DNA of 58,303 nt, the filler included, from Stramenopiles sp. TOSAG23-3 (Eukaryota), in assembly GCA_900128585.1 (NCBI GenBank). It is 6 parts of 6 records of this genome, joined end to end, with 100 filler letters (N's around TTAATTAATTAA, not from the genome) between each part and the next. Parts side by side here need not be neighbours in the genome. Positions count along the whole stretch, not along the records: positions 34,998 to 52,349 come from LT642451.1; positions 52,450 to 54,334 come from LT645284.1; 4 more parts are not named here. One strand, 5' to 3'. Under the pieces are notes generated by a model that did not search any database, was not told the origin of the DNA, and saw only the letters and a list, made by a program, of their open reading frames with translations. Made by a program: the position numbers and the translations under genes. The first letter of the stretch is position 1. Each line of letters begins with the position of its first letter. This document shows, piece after piece, positions 42,840 to 53,663 of this stretch.

Positions 42840-44702
42840 TCATTTTATCTCTTCTTCCTCCCCGTTTATCCAGGATGAGTCGATTTCATCAACGAAATCG
42901 CTGCGATTTATGTACGATTCAACATCAGGATCGTTCCGTCCATCTTCCGCTTGATCGCCACCAAGAAGGCCGGCCACCTCATCGTGGTCAAACCCACCAA
43001 AATATTCCTCCGTGTGTTGCCACTGGAACCCACCCGATTTCCGCACTTCCGATTTCATCAAAATGTAGACGGCCGCCGCGATCACGTGCAAGCCCGCACA
43101 GAGGAGCATGACTCCCGTTTCCGACATTTCCATCATCAGCATGATGCTGATCAGAGCGTACAGGGGTAGGCGAAAAATGTTGTAAATTGATACACGGAAC
43201 TTTTCCGGTACGGCAGCGCACTTGAACACCGCCAGCGCGGGGAGGTATACCCCAGCGCACAGCGAGTAGACCATGAAGCCGCACAGATCCAGGAGAGGGG
43301 AGTTGTGGGTAATGATGCACGGCGACAAGCTGAGGGCGGCAACGAGCAAGTACGCGTTCAGCTTCAGTTCCTTCGGCCCTTGCCGCTGCCCATCGCCCGA
43401 ACTCATCGCGGCGCCTCTTAGCGCGGAGGTGGACAACGTTGGCCACGTTACCAGAGGACAAACCGAAGAGCCGATCATGAAGCACAGGACGAGTATGGCG
43501 AACATCATGTCAATTTGGACTTGCGGCGCCATCGCGTTGATGTACTTGGACCAGGAGAACAAGAAAATGTAGTAGGCCCCTTCGGCGCATGAGCAAATCA
43601 CTGCCGCTTGAAAAAGCGAAGAATCTTTCTTTATCGCCTTCATGCCTTCGAAAAATGTGCTAGTGCACGAGGATGCGGAGCTACCGTGGGCCCCGCCGAG
43701 CTGGGAACGCTCGGAGAGGCTTCCATTCTGCTCGTACACGGGGGCCATCTGGGGGCTCCAGTGGTCCATCTCACTCAGCGCGCGGCCGTAGTTTTCACTC
43801 CACACGTACCGCGTGAAGACTGCCACGAATAGCGTGACGAGGACCGATAGCTCCATGGACAGCAATGGCCCTCCCCACATCAAAGGCTCGAACCACCCCT
43901 TTCCCATGGGATACTCTTTCTCGAGCGTCACCACTTGGTCCACGGCGCCACCGACGAACGCGCAGATCCCAGTGCAGAACTGCGCAAACGCGAGGATGTG
44001 GAGGACTTCAGAAATGCTCATGGCCCGAAGCTTGCACTCCCCGATGAGCCAGCATTCGAAACAAGAAAACAAAATAGACATAGCGATCCCAGAACACACC
44101 CTTGCAAAGATGAGCGCAACGAGCGAATCGAGGTGGAATAAAATACACGACACCATGTTGAAGATGCAAAACAACAAAACAAAACGCTTTCGACCAAACC
44201 GGTCGGCAAAGGACAGCAAAGGGGTCCCAATGACGGCGGACGCGACGAAACTCGTACAGTACAGGGATATCAAGTCTTGCTCCTGCGACGTGCTCTTATA
44301 AACCCGGAAAATAGAGTCCAATTCCATCTTGACAAGGTACTCTGACGCCAGAACTGCCGGTACGTAAGCGGACAAGTACAGGCACAACATCGAATCGAAA
44401 CCACGGTGCCGCCCCTGGTCCTGTTTCCGTTGCCGAAAGACAGAGTTGCTGAAGCCTAGCAAGCCACAGATTACAGTAAGTGCAAAGCACAGCCCGAAAA
44501 TCAACGAAACTGGCAGGTTTATGCCCCTCAGCTTGTTGCCGGACAGAATTCCTAACACGCTCGAGTGGTTTCCCCCGCTGGCAGGACGGATAGGCGTGGG
44601 AAGTTGAGGGGTAAGGTAGTGGTGGCGATACGAAAAGTTTTTCGCAACGTGGTGGCCGCCATATCGAGGCGACGTCGCGTGGCTTGATATATTCCGCTTC
44701 AT
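42840..44702 (-). CDS. MFS transporter, MFSD5/MOT2 (molybdate-anion transporter)-like
   Basis: ADRFGRKR, ARVCSGIAMSILFSCFECW..E, WSENYG, EGAYYIFLFSW, VPEKFRVSIYNIFRLPL; about 12 TM segments. Confidence 0.82.
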   Translation of the reverse strand: MKRNISSHATSPRYGGHHVAKNFSYRHHYLTPQLPTPIRPASGGNHSSVLGILSGNKLRGINLPVSLIFGLCFALTVICGLLGFSNSVFRQRKQDQGRHRGFDSMLCLYLSAYVPAVLASEYLVKMELDSIFRVYKSTSQEQDLISLYCTSFVASAVIGTPLLSFADRFGRKRFVLLFCIFNMVSCILFHLDSLVALIFARVCSGIAMSILFSCFECWLIGECKLRAMSISEVLHILAFAQFCTGICAFVGGAVDQVVTLEKEYPMGKGWFEPLMWGGPLLSMELSVLVTLFVAVFTRYVWSENYGRALSEMDHWSPQMAPVYEQNGSLSERSQLGGAHGSSASSCTSTFFEGMKAIKKDSSLFQAAVICSCAEGAYYIFLFSWSKYINAMAPQVQIDMMFAILVLCFMIGSSVCPLVTWPTLSTSALRGAAMSSGDGQRQGPKELKLNAYLLVAALSLSPCIITHNSPLLDLCGFMVYSLCAGVYLPALAVFKCAAVPEKFRVSIYNIFRLPLYALISIMLMMEMSETGVMLLCAGLHVIAAAVYILMKSEVRKSGGFQWQHTEEYFGGFDHDEVAGLLGGDQAEDGRNDPDVESYINRSDFVDEIDSSWINGEEEEIK

Positions 44703-45349
44703 ATTACCACACCCCAAACACACAAGACAAGAAAGACAATTGGACGCGCTCTTACCAATTGCACACGCTCTTTATCTCTCTTTCACTCTCTCTCTCTCTC
44801 TCTCTTCATTCGATGTTCATTCACTTCTTTCTACCGGTCATAAATATTACATTTTTTAAATCATTCAAACGCATAGAAGACGGATATTTTTAGGATGATA
44901 TAATAAAAAAAATTCAACTCCTACCCTTGGTAACTTTATTATACTACTATTCTCTCTTTACACACATCATAATATTATTATAATAATAATTTTTTTTTTT
45001 GTGTGGGTTGTTGCTTCTTCTTTGTGTTGTTGTCTGATCTTTTTATAAATTAGTCTATTAATTATATATAGGGAAAGAAGAGCCTCCTCCTTGATGCTCC
45101 TTGTATCAAAGAAATAATATTGATAGGAAATAAATACATATAATTACATAATACAATGTAGTTTTTAGTGAATTATTTCTTTTTTTTCCCTTCTCTAATA
45201 CTAACGCACGTATTTTTTATGATTCAAATAATATTTATAAAGAATGCTTTTGGTCAAAAGGTTATGTGTTCGTAATGCAGTAAAAGCAAATGGTGTGGGT
45301 TTAGAATCTTTCTTCTTTCCAGGTATTTCAGACTACGTACTCAAATATC

Positions 45350-45706
45350 TTAAAGGAACTCTTTCGCAGTCATCCCAATATCTTTTAAAAATTGTTGCTT
45401 TGCTCGAATCTTGGCGAGCCGTCGCTCGGCGGCGGCTTGCTTCTGCATCTTCGTGATTTTGTTCTGTTTGTTGGTTACACGAAAACGATTTCTCATTCTC
45501 TTCATGTGGTTTTTTCTTCTTATCCCTGGCCTCACTGAATCTGGCCCCCCAACTCCCCACCTTTTGTCCGTCGACGAGTCCGGCAAACTACCAGTGGCAC
45601 TCCCAAAACTATTTACAAACACACTCGGAACACTTCTCTGCAAAAACGGACCCCTCGTACAAACCAACGTACGCGAACGGGTAATCAGGGAAGTAAACAA
45701 CGACAT
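45350..45706 (-). CDS. Small basic mitochondrially targeted protein (possibly mitoribosomal)
   Basis: MSLFTSLITRSRTLVCTRG presequence-like N-terminus; very K/R-rich C-terminal half. Confidence 0.5.
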   Translation of the reverse strand: MSLFTSLITRSRTLVCTRGPFLQRSVPSVFVNSFGSATGSLPDSSTDKRWGVGGPDSVRPGIRRKNHMKRMRNRFRVTNKQNKITKMQKQAAAERRLAKIRAKQQFLKDIGMTAKEFL

Positions 45707-46477
45707 GACCAATTCTCTCTGAAACACACTATATAAGTAAGAGTTCACACAATGCCTTCTTGAAAATATATATAACGACATATGTGTTTCTTTCTCGCTC
45801 CGTCTGTACCGATTGCTTATTTACATAAATATCAGTATGTCGTAATTTACAAAAAGAAAGCGATGTGTTATTTTAAAATATAATAATCATCAATCATCAA
45901 CGAAGAGAGAAGAAGATGAATAAAAAATAATAATAATAAAAATATGAAAAAATAATATTATATGATGAAGAAGAAAGAAGAAAAGAAGTAAAAGAAGAAA
46001 GAAGAAGAAGAAAGATGAAAAAATAATAATAATAAGATTGATGATGATGTGAGCCCCGCCGACGATGCGACGGATGGACGGAGACTTCTATACTTCTTCT
46101 TTTTTCGCTAATTATAATTACATAGAAATAGTATTGAAAAACATTCATGGCCAACAAATCTTCTTTTAGAAATTCTATGCTGTGCCCTTTCTATATATTA
46201 TAATATATTTTTTTTTATTGATGTGATGATTGTGATAGCTATGATGAGATATGATGCTTACTTTTTTTTTTAGAAGAAAACATGTTGTGTTCTTCTTTTT
46301 TTTTTTGTGACAACAATGAAAGTTACTTCATGTTAAAGATTACGATGAAAAGAAATGAATTAATTCATAGGTTTATACGAATTTTGAATCTCTTTGTCCA
46401 TTGGTTGTGCGAAATCCGTTGTTTTCCTTGGTTGTCTCATTGAATAGTTTCATTTTAAACCGTTGCTGCAACACCAC

Positions 46478-47542
46478 ATGTTTCGTTCTGCAATTCTACT
46501 ACGGCAGCCCGCGCGGCGAGTCTTTGGGAATAGCGCACTTCGATCGTTTTCGAAGGCGCCGAGAGCGTCCCGCTCTGCCCTCTCCACGTTAGCGTTGGCG
46601 AACGGGAAGAATTCTGTGCGTGCACTTGGGCGCAGCACTGTATTAGGAACTCGTGGGCAGCAGATGGCTCTCTTCTCCTCGGGGGGGGGGTCTAGCAAAG
46701 AGGGTGGGCACGCGCTGGAGAAAGCAAAGTACATTGACGAAACCATAAACCCGAAAGAGAAACAGTGGGAGGTTATGACCACGGGGGAAAAAGTAAAGGA
46801 GGGTTCCAAGACGGGAATGATCCTTGGTATCGCCGGTTTGGTGCTGGTGTGTGGGTTCTACATCGCCAGAGAACTTATGCCAACGGGTATGTCTCCCAAC
46901 ACAGTGTTTTCGAGGGCGTTCGACGTCGCGAAAGAGCACCCCGACGTGACCAACCGCCTTGGCACCCCGCTGACCGGCCACGGGCACGACCACGGCGGTC
47001 GCCGAGAGGGGAGAAGGAATATATTAGATTCGGACAAGTATGTGGACGAATTTGGACAAGATGTAGTGCGCATTAAGTTTGACCTGGAAGGTCCACGGGG
47101 AAAAGGCATCATGTACGCCGCCGTCGCCTCAAACACCAAGCGTGGGAAGCTGCAGTATTTGATATTTCAGGAAGTCTCTACAGGCCGATCGTACGTGTTG
47201 ATAGACAACCGCAAAGCCATGACGGACGAGGACGAGCAAAAGAAACTTGCCAACGGTATTGTAAATTTAGGGGGCGTCATGTATGGTTCGGAGCAAAGCG
47301 ATGATACCCAGCGCCAGAAAATGGAGTTTGGCGATTTCTTTGACAAGATCAAATACATGGAGTGCGACAAGCACGGCCTTGACAAGGAATCCGACGAGAC
47401 ATGCACCAAATTGAAGATGAAATTCCCGGCTTGGAAGTTTGACGACCGTGTATACCAAGGGGTATTTAACCGAAAGAACATGACGAAGCTGCTCAAGCAA
47501 GAACAGGCTTATGCGAATTTGAAGAAGAAACAGAAGGAGTGA
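46478..47542 (+). CDS. TIM21: Mitochondrial import subunit TIM21 with C-terminal thioredoxin-like domain
   Basis: Presequence; TTGEKVKE, TM segment, EL.P..MSPN.VF.RAF....HP.V...LG.PL.GHG, R.KF.LEGP.GKG. Confidence 0.85.
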   Translation: MFRSAILLRQPARRVFGNSALRSFSKAPRASRSALSTLALANGKNSVRALGRSTVLGTRGQQMALFSSGGGSSKEGGHALEKAKYIDETINPKEKQWEVMTTGEKVKEGSKTGMILGIAGLVLVCGFYIARELMPTGMSPNTVFSRAFDVAKEHPDVTNRLGTPLTGHGHDHGGRREGRRNILDSDKYVDEFGQDVVRIKFDLEGPRGKGIMYAAVASNTKRGKLQYLIFQEVSTGRSYVLIDNRKAMTDEDEQKKLANGIVNLGGVMYGSEQSDDTQRQKMEFGDFFDKIKYMECDKHGLDKESDETCTKLKMKFPAWKFDDRVYQGVFNRKNMTKLLKQEQAYANLKKKQKE

Positions 47543-47570
47543 GTTTGTAGAAAGTAAGAAGTTCTTATTA

Positions 47571-47661
47571 TACATAAATAACAGCCAAATTTTCGTTTTA
47601 AAATGGTATTGGGCGTATTATAATTTTAATTACTTAAATAACAGCCAATTTTCTTGTTTTT
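47571..47661 (-). repeat. Two 3'-associated element copies downstream of the 47784-49127 gene
   Basis: 47621-47661 is identical over 41 nt to 56456-56496; second copy at 47571-47599. Confidence 0.9.
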
Positions 47662-47783
47662 ATAATTTGTTTTTTAGTTCGTTGTGTTCCCTGTTTCTCT
47701 TTTTGATTTTCTTTTGAATCGCCGTAACGCAGCATGAGAGACTGAAGAGTCTCGAAACTACGCGAGTGTGTGCTGCAAGATGT

Positions 47784-49127
47784 TCAATCGTACCACCTGG
47801 TTTTTCCTTGGAAAAACTTTTCGTGGTGCGAGGACCCAGAGAACTTTCCAGTGTTGTCGCCAGAGCTGTCGTCACTACCCCGGTACCGATTATCTTCCCC
47901 ACCACCCTGCTCTGCCCACGACATTGCACCAGCGTCATCGTAACCTTGGAATGAATCTATACTAGGGGGGGTTCTGTCCTCGCTTTCCACGGAAGATGCG
48001 GTCTTTCGCTGAGGGGTAGAGACTAAATTCGCAGACTTCATCGGCGAAAGGCTGATTCTTTGGTCTCCCCCATCGGCGCACATCTCAATGCTCATTCTCC
48101 CTCCCGGGGTAAATACTAGGTCCCAAACAATTTTTACCGACCCGTCCCTAGCAGAACGATTTTCCACCGATTCTAACCCCCGAATCAACATGGTCCCGAA
48201 CGTCTCGGCGTTTGTTTCTGGGGAAAGCCAAACTTTTGAGCACATTCCATCGAACGATACATAGATTTGCACCCGACCTGCCCCCAAGTGTTCGTTTCGC
48301 ATATGGAATACAACCGCCCGCTTGCATTTCGCCCCCCCATCCCGCACCAGGTGCAAACCGGCGTAGTAGTAGTAGTCGTCTTTCGGCTCTACGTGAATGT
48401 TGCACACGGCATTCTGACTGCTCTCGCTGTACATCTGTAAGGCAATCAGGTTTGGCAACAGCTTGGGGTACCTTCTCCACAAAGCAACGTTTTTGGGCGT
48501 AAAGTTAAGCGGGATGTGAATCGGCACTTGCTTTCGCGTCGTTTGTGTTTGCGGGGCGTCGTAAATGCGGTTATTCCACTGGTTCATTTCATGCGGAAGA
48601 AACAGTTTCGGTGGCCACGCCTCGTCGTCCTGTTCTCGATGCATCGTGTGGATAATCTGCGTTAGCATTTGCTTGTCGTCGCTCGATTTGTTCATGACTT
48701 GCTCTATGACCCTTCTCTGCGCGCGTATCTTGTTTTCAAGTGCGTCTCGCTCTTTCGAAAACTGTTGAAGTGTGTTCTTGTGGACTTGGTCTTGCACCTC
48801 GATGTGGGCTTGCAGCTGCTTCAGGTCGTGCTCTAAAGTGATCCGCCTCCGTTCTTTTTGCTTGTCTGTGACGGGCGTCTTGCGTTTCTTCTTTTTTTTC
48901 ACCTTTGTGGCGCTGGCCAGTAGCGCTTCCACTTTGTTCACTTCCTTCCGAAGCGTTCGTCGGAGTTTTGCAGGAACCTTTCGAAGGGCCAGTTGGTGCT
49001 GGGACATGATGGAGACCAGGTCTTTCAGCTGCCGGCGTGAGTTGATCATCCACAGCTCCAGCTCTAGGGATTGCTCCAAGTCACCCTTCACGGGTTCCCT
49101 CGTAGTAAACGCATCGTTTGATAGCAT
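47784..49127 (-). CDS. Hypothetical protein with N-terminal coiled coil
   Basis: 447-aa ORF with coding-like composition; no recognised family. Confidence 0.7.
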   Translation of the reverse strand: MLSNDAFTTREPVKGDLEQSLELELWMINSRRQLKDLVSIMSQHQLALRKVPAKLRRTLRKEVNKVEALLASATKVKKKKKRKTPVTDKQKERRRITLEHDLKQLQAHIEVQDQVHKNTLQQFSKERDALENKIRAQRRVIEQVMNKSSDDKQMLTQIIHTMHREQDDEAWPPKLFLPHEMNQWNNRIYDAPQTQTTRKQVPIHIPLNFTPKNVALWRRYPKLLPNLIALQMYSESSQNAVCNIHVEPKDDYYYYAGLHLVRDGGAKCKRAVVFHMRNEHLGAGRVQIYVSFDGMCSKVWLSPETNAETFGTMLIRGLESVENRSARDGSVKIVWDLVFTPGGRMSIEMCADGGDQRISLSPMKSANLVSTPQRKTASSVESEDRTPPSIDSFQGYDDAGAMSWAEQGGGEDNRYRGSDDSSGDNTGKFSGSSHHEKFFQGKTRWYD

Positions 49128-50230
49128 GTTGAAAGTTCGTCTCTCGGCAGGAATGCAGCAAAACGCCGTCGTAGTTTCTATCTGTTTAAAACCGTGCTTG
49201 CAATGGATTTAGAACATGTTCCACAGGGAATTGATTCTATTCTACCCATTCAATCATTCATTCATTCCCTCTCTCTCTCTTTCATCCATGGCATTGAATA
49301 TAGATTTGATTTACCAGTTCATCAGGGTGTTTCAATACCAGGTACCCGTATATACGGGTAACTACGGGTACGTACGGTACAGGTACGGTAACGTCTTTCT
49401 CATATTTTTTTTCTTCCTGTAATACCGATTAATACTAACACAGCAGGTATATGCATGATAATGGTACTTATAATAATATATATCGTATGCTTAATTATTT
49501 ATACTATATACGGTGCTAGCTTCAATCAAAAAAAAATATGATATTAAAGAAGAATGAAGAAGAAAATAAATATATTGCTGAGATGTCTTGTCTTTGTTTA
49601 CGCTATGTAATAGTATACTTGTATTATAGTTAATATATAGGAAAAGAATATTTGTATATTTACTACTACTTACCAAGTAACATTACTATTAGTCTAATAA
49701 ATTAGCAAACAACAAAAAATAAAAATTTAAATAAAAAAAAGAAGAAAAAAAAAAATGAGAAAAATAAATAAATAATAATCTTCTAATTTTTTTACTAAAA
49801 TTTCTAATAATTGTTATTCTACATAATTTATTCATCTTAATTATAATCTTATTTCATATATATTAAATTGAACATAAATAGTATACTACATTAATTCAAA
49901 AAAACAAAAAACTTTCTGTTTTAGTTAGATAGTTGTTATTTTAGGTACTGGTATCAGGTATAATACCACCAAGGTAGCATCATTACCGACGGAGGGGGGG
50001 GTTCTACTTGTGAGTTCAGTTAGTAGCATTTCTTTTCTTGCTTATGGAAAGAACGATTACGTATCGTTGGGGAATTGAAAGGAAGGTTTGGATTGGGCAA
50101 TGTACGACTAAAAGAAGAATCGCTGATTGTTTTGGGTACGATACGAAAGGACATTGAACATCCATAGTGGATTTTATTTGCACTTCGCACCGTTTATTAG
50201 GCAACCTTGTAGTAGAACACGAACCACATC

Positions 50231-50446
50231 ATGTCGGCACGGGTTGTAGATGATAGTGAAACAATTAGCTGTAGCGTAGAGGAGACACCACCTCCGGGGC
50301 CAGCGACCTCATCGGGGTCCGGGGCTGGTAGCGAACAAATGCGGTCGGAGGCCATTTTTGGGGATAGCAACTTATCATTTCTCATGATGGTGCTAGTGCT
50401 GTTGCACCTGTTGCAGTATTCCATGCGGGATCCATGCACCTGTTGA
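50231..50446 (+). CDS. Possible small TM protein (71 aa, or 104 aa if TGA is read through)
   Basis: S/G/P-rich N-terminus, hydrophobic LSFLMMVLVLLHLL, ends PCTC-TGA-TC. Confidence 0.25.
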   Translation: MSARVVDDSETISCSVEETPPPGPATSSGSGAGSEQMRSEAIFGDSNLSFLMMVLVLLHLLQYSMRDPCTC

Positions 50447-51137
50447 ACTTGCGAAAGTGTACAGCGCTGCGGGGAAGTAAGTGCCTTTTGTTTCCGAAAA
50501 GGGAGGAGGCCCCTCGCTGGACGTTCAAAACGCCACCAATGCTAAACGGCCGTCGCCACGATCGGATCCCATCACAGGTTAGGTGAATACGATGTAAATA
50601 TGTTTTTATAAAACCGAAAGGGGAAGAACGAACGACGAGTAGGGAGGCAGGTGTCCGTCCGAAGCCTGCTTATCGGTTGTGAGAAATGATCTGGGGAGAA
50701 GCATTTGTTTGTAATGTCATGCCGTCGCCGTAGCGACGCGCGTGTATGTATTGCTGTAAATAAATCACATTTTTCTTGTTCTTAAGAAAGTAAGCTATGC
50801 ACTCGCCCCTAATGTGTCAGTATTTTAAGAAAGGAGTGCATTTCTCTCTCCGCTCTCTGAAGCACGCCAGGAGCGTCCCTCCCGGGCGCAAGGCATTTCG
50901 CACCGGTCGGTAACGAACCCCTTCCTCCCCAGCTGACGGGCGGCCGTTGTCCCCGAGATAAAACGGACAAAATACGGCGTGGAGGCTAGGCGGTTAGACA
51001 ACTAATAGAAACTAAAGATTTTTTTGTACGTGTATATTTTTATCGATGACAAAGTGCTCGCGCCGTTTCTTCCTCTCAGGAGGAGACGGGCCTCCAGCGC
51101 AGGAGAACTCCTACCTCTCGTCGGACCGCAACCACGC

Positions 51138-52034
51138 TTACGCCCGGTTGGTCAACTGCTTGAGCTCCTTCTTCCTCTCTTCAAAATCGTCGTCCAAATC
51201 ACCTGCTCGGATACCCTTCACGCGGTTAAACGTAAGACTATCGATGGTTTTTTGGTCAACTTCCGCATACGTGACTTTGGCGTTTTCTTCCTGGTGGAAG
51301 ATCAACCCTGGGCGTTCGTCGAACTGGTTCTTCGACGGGTTTTGTACACGGTCGCCACTTTCTTCTTGAATTAGTTTCCACGCCGCCTTTTCTTCCATGA
51401 TCTGGTCAAACGGTTTGGAGGTCTCCACGTCATGCTCGGCTGCCAAGTACGCAAGGTCTGTGCAGTTCGAAACTAGCAAGCTCCTCTCGTCCGCGGTGAT
51501 CTCGCGCAAAAATACGGCGGGGTTCCCCGACCAGACTTGTCCAGATGGGACTTCTTGCCCGGCCGGAAGGACGGAGTTTGCGGTAACCACCGAACCTTCG
51601 CCTATAACGGAGCCATCTACAATACTGTTCGTTCCTACCATGCAGCCGTCCTTCAGTGTCGACCCGTTGGTCACCGTGGCGGCGGGCCCAACCGTAACAT
51701 TGTTGCCAATGTTCACTGGTTTGTCTTGCGCCGCGACCGAGGCGCCGTCTTGAATGTTTGTATTGTTCCCGATAGATATGCTTGCGCCCTCCCCCTTCGC
51801 GCCGGCGTGGTACCAAACGGACGAGTTCTCGCCAATCTTAACGTTTCCGACGACGGAGGCGGTGGGCGCTACAAACGCGGTCCCCGCACACACCGGCGTC
51901 TTGTCCCCGTGCGGCACCAAACGCGTGGAAGGGACTAGTGTTTCTACATATGCAGTGCGCCCTTGCAACCCCGTACCAAACTTATCAACCGAACGCCCCC
52001 AGGAGCGAACGACCGTGCCAAGCGTTTTCAACAT
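51138..52034 (-). CDS. Gamma-carbonic-anhydrase-like protein (mitochondrial complex I CA-domain type)
   Basis: LG...R..GR..D..G..LQG...Y.E.L N-terminus, AFVAPTASVVGNV.IG..SSVWY, NIQD, hexapeptide repeats, W.GNPA.FLR. Confidence 0.88.
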   Translation of the reverse strand: MLKTLGTVVRSWGRSVDKFGTGLQGRTAYVETLVPSTRLVPHGDKTPVCAGTAFVAPTASVVGNVKIGENSSVWYHAGAKGEGASISIGNNTNIQDGASVAAQDKPVNIGNNVTVGPAATVTNGSTLKDGCMVGTNSIVDGSVIGEGSVVTANSVLPAGQEVPSGQVWSGNPAVFLREITADERSLLVSNCTDLAYLAAEHDVETSKPFDQIMEEKAAWKLIQEESGDRVQNPSKNQFDERPGLIFHQEENAKVTYAEVDQKTIDSLTFNRVKGIRAGDLDDDFEERKKELKQLTNRA

Positions 52035-52349
52035 TGTTGTTGGTAACCGTGTGGAAAGTAACAATTTAAGTGTCGAACGAACGCAAATATTACCAAAGTA
52101 ATTATGTTAAATACTTATCAAGCGAAAAACTTAACCTTTTCTTTTCCTCTTGTAAAACTACTCATGAAATCTGTTGTTTGTTGTTGAATGTACAACTTCG
52201 TTTCTGTGTTATTTTTTATCTTCATCTGGTTGTTTGTTCTTCTTCTTTTGGTATATAATTATTATTTTTTAAAATAATTATTGTATTATTTATTATTATT
52301 ATTTAATAATAATAATAATTTGTGTGGAGATAAAAAAGAGAAGAAGAAG

Positions 52350-52449
52350 NNNNNNNNNNNNNNNNNNNNNNNNNNNNNNNNNNNNNNNNNNNNTTAATTA
52401 ATTAANNNNNNNNNNNNNNNNNNNNNNNNNNNNNNNNNNNNNNNNNNNN
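52350..52449. other. Artificial contig-joining spacer
   Basis: N-TTAATTAATTAA-N, 100 nt. Confidence 0.97.
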
Positions 52450-53663
52450 AAAGTGGGAGGAGCGACTTCATCTGGTCGAGGAGAAAGTTCCACCTCTGAA
52501 CCAGACTCCACTTCTGATCCAGACTCTTCCTCGCTGCTACTTTCTTCTTCGCTGCTGCTCAGTTCAATCTAAATTATATTTTTCTGTGCAATCGGGTAGT
52601 ATGACAATAGTTTAGCTTTTACAACTTATGTATGCCCTTTGTTCAAATCGTGTTAGACACTTTTCGTTTGTTCACAGGTAATGTTTGATTATCTAAATGA
52701 AGCAAAGGAAAAACGGCGAGCGTACAGCAATTCAATCAATTTCTTCTTTCACTTGTTGGTAGTTTTGTTTTTTAAAATATTATAATTAGAAGGCGATAAT
52801 TTATTTAATTGAGAAGTATAATGTGGATTAGAAGAATAGTAGAATTCGGGTCACTGCATGTTCGCTATTACGGTGTTAAATTATCTGTGCCGGCATTGAA
52901 ACGTTCCTTGTTAGCGCTCTGCGCTTGTAGATTGCTAAAGAGGAAATAATACAATGGATTGATGCTATGTTAATGTTAAGTGTCAATTTTGAATTGCATC
53001 TCCTCTGCTTTTCAAAAAATTTCTTCTTACTTCTTCTTATTTTGTTTGGCTTGAGATCTGATAGTGTACCTCGTATACAACGCAAAAACATTAATATATA
53101 GACTTATTATAATAAAAGGAGCGCAGCAGCAGTCAGATAAAATAAAATTGAGTTTTTAAAATGGTAAGTTTAGAAGGAATACAGCAACGGGCGGTAAATA
53201 CCTATTATCTCAGAGCAATTCAATTGAAATCACTCTCTTCTTCTTCTTCCCTTTATTAGTGTCCTCGTAGTGGTCTTCTTCTCTCCTCTTTTTGTTTCGT
53301 TTGTTGTTGATCTTCGTGTTTAAATAATAAAAAAAAAAATATGAAGAAGAAAAGAAGAAGAAAGAAGAAGAGAAGAAGAGAAGAAGTGGAGATTTTTTTA
53401 TTATTCTATTTTTACTGAAGAAGAAGAAGAAGAAGAAAGAAGAAGTATTATTATGATTTGTTCAAGACTAATAATAATATGCAATTCAATGGAATTGAAT
53501 ACAAATGTTCAAAAGATAATACTCTCTCATAATAACAATAGTCACACGTATTAGAAAACAGATCATCGTGATAAATAAGTTGACGATTGATCGTTCAAAT
53601 TGGAACAGGATTTGATTTGGTATATCGTACTCCTACGTATATATTTCCGAGACACAACTCGAA

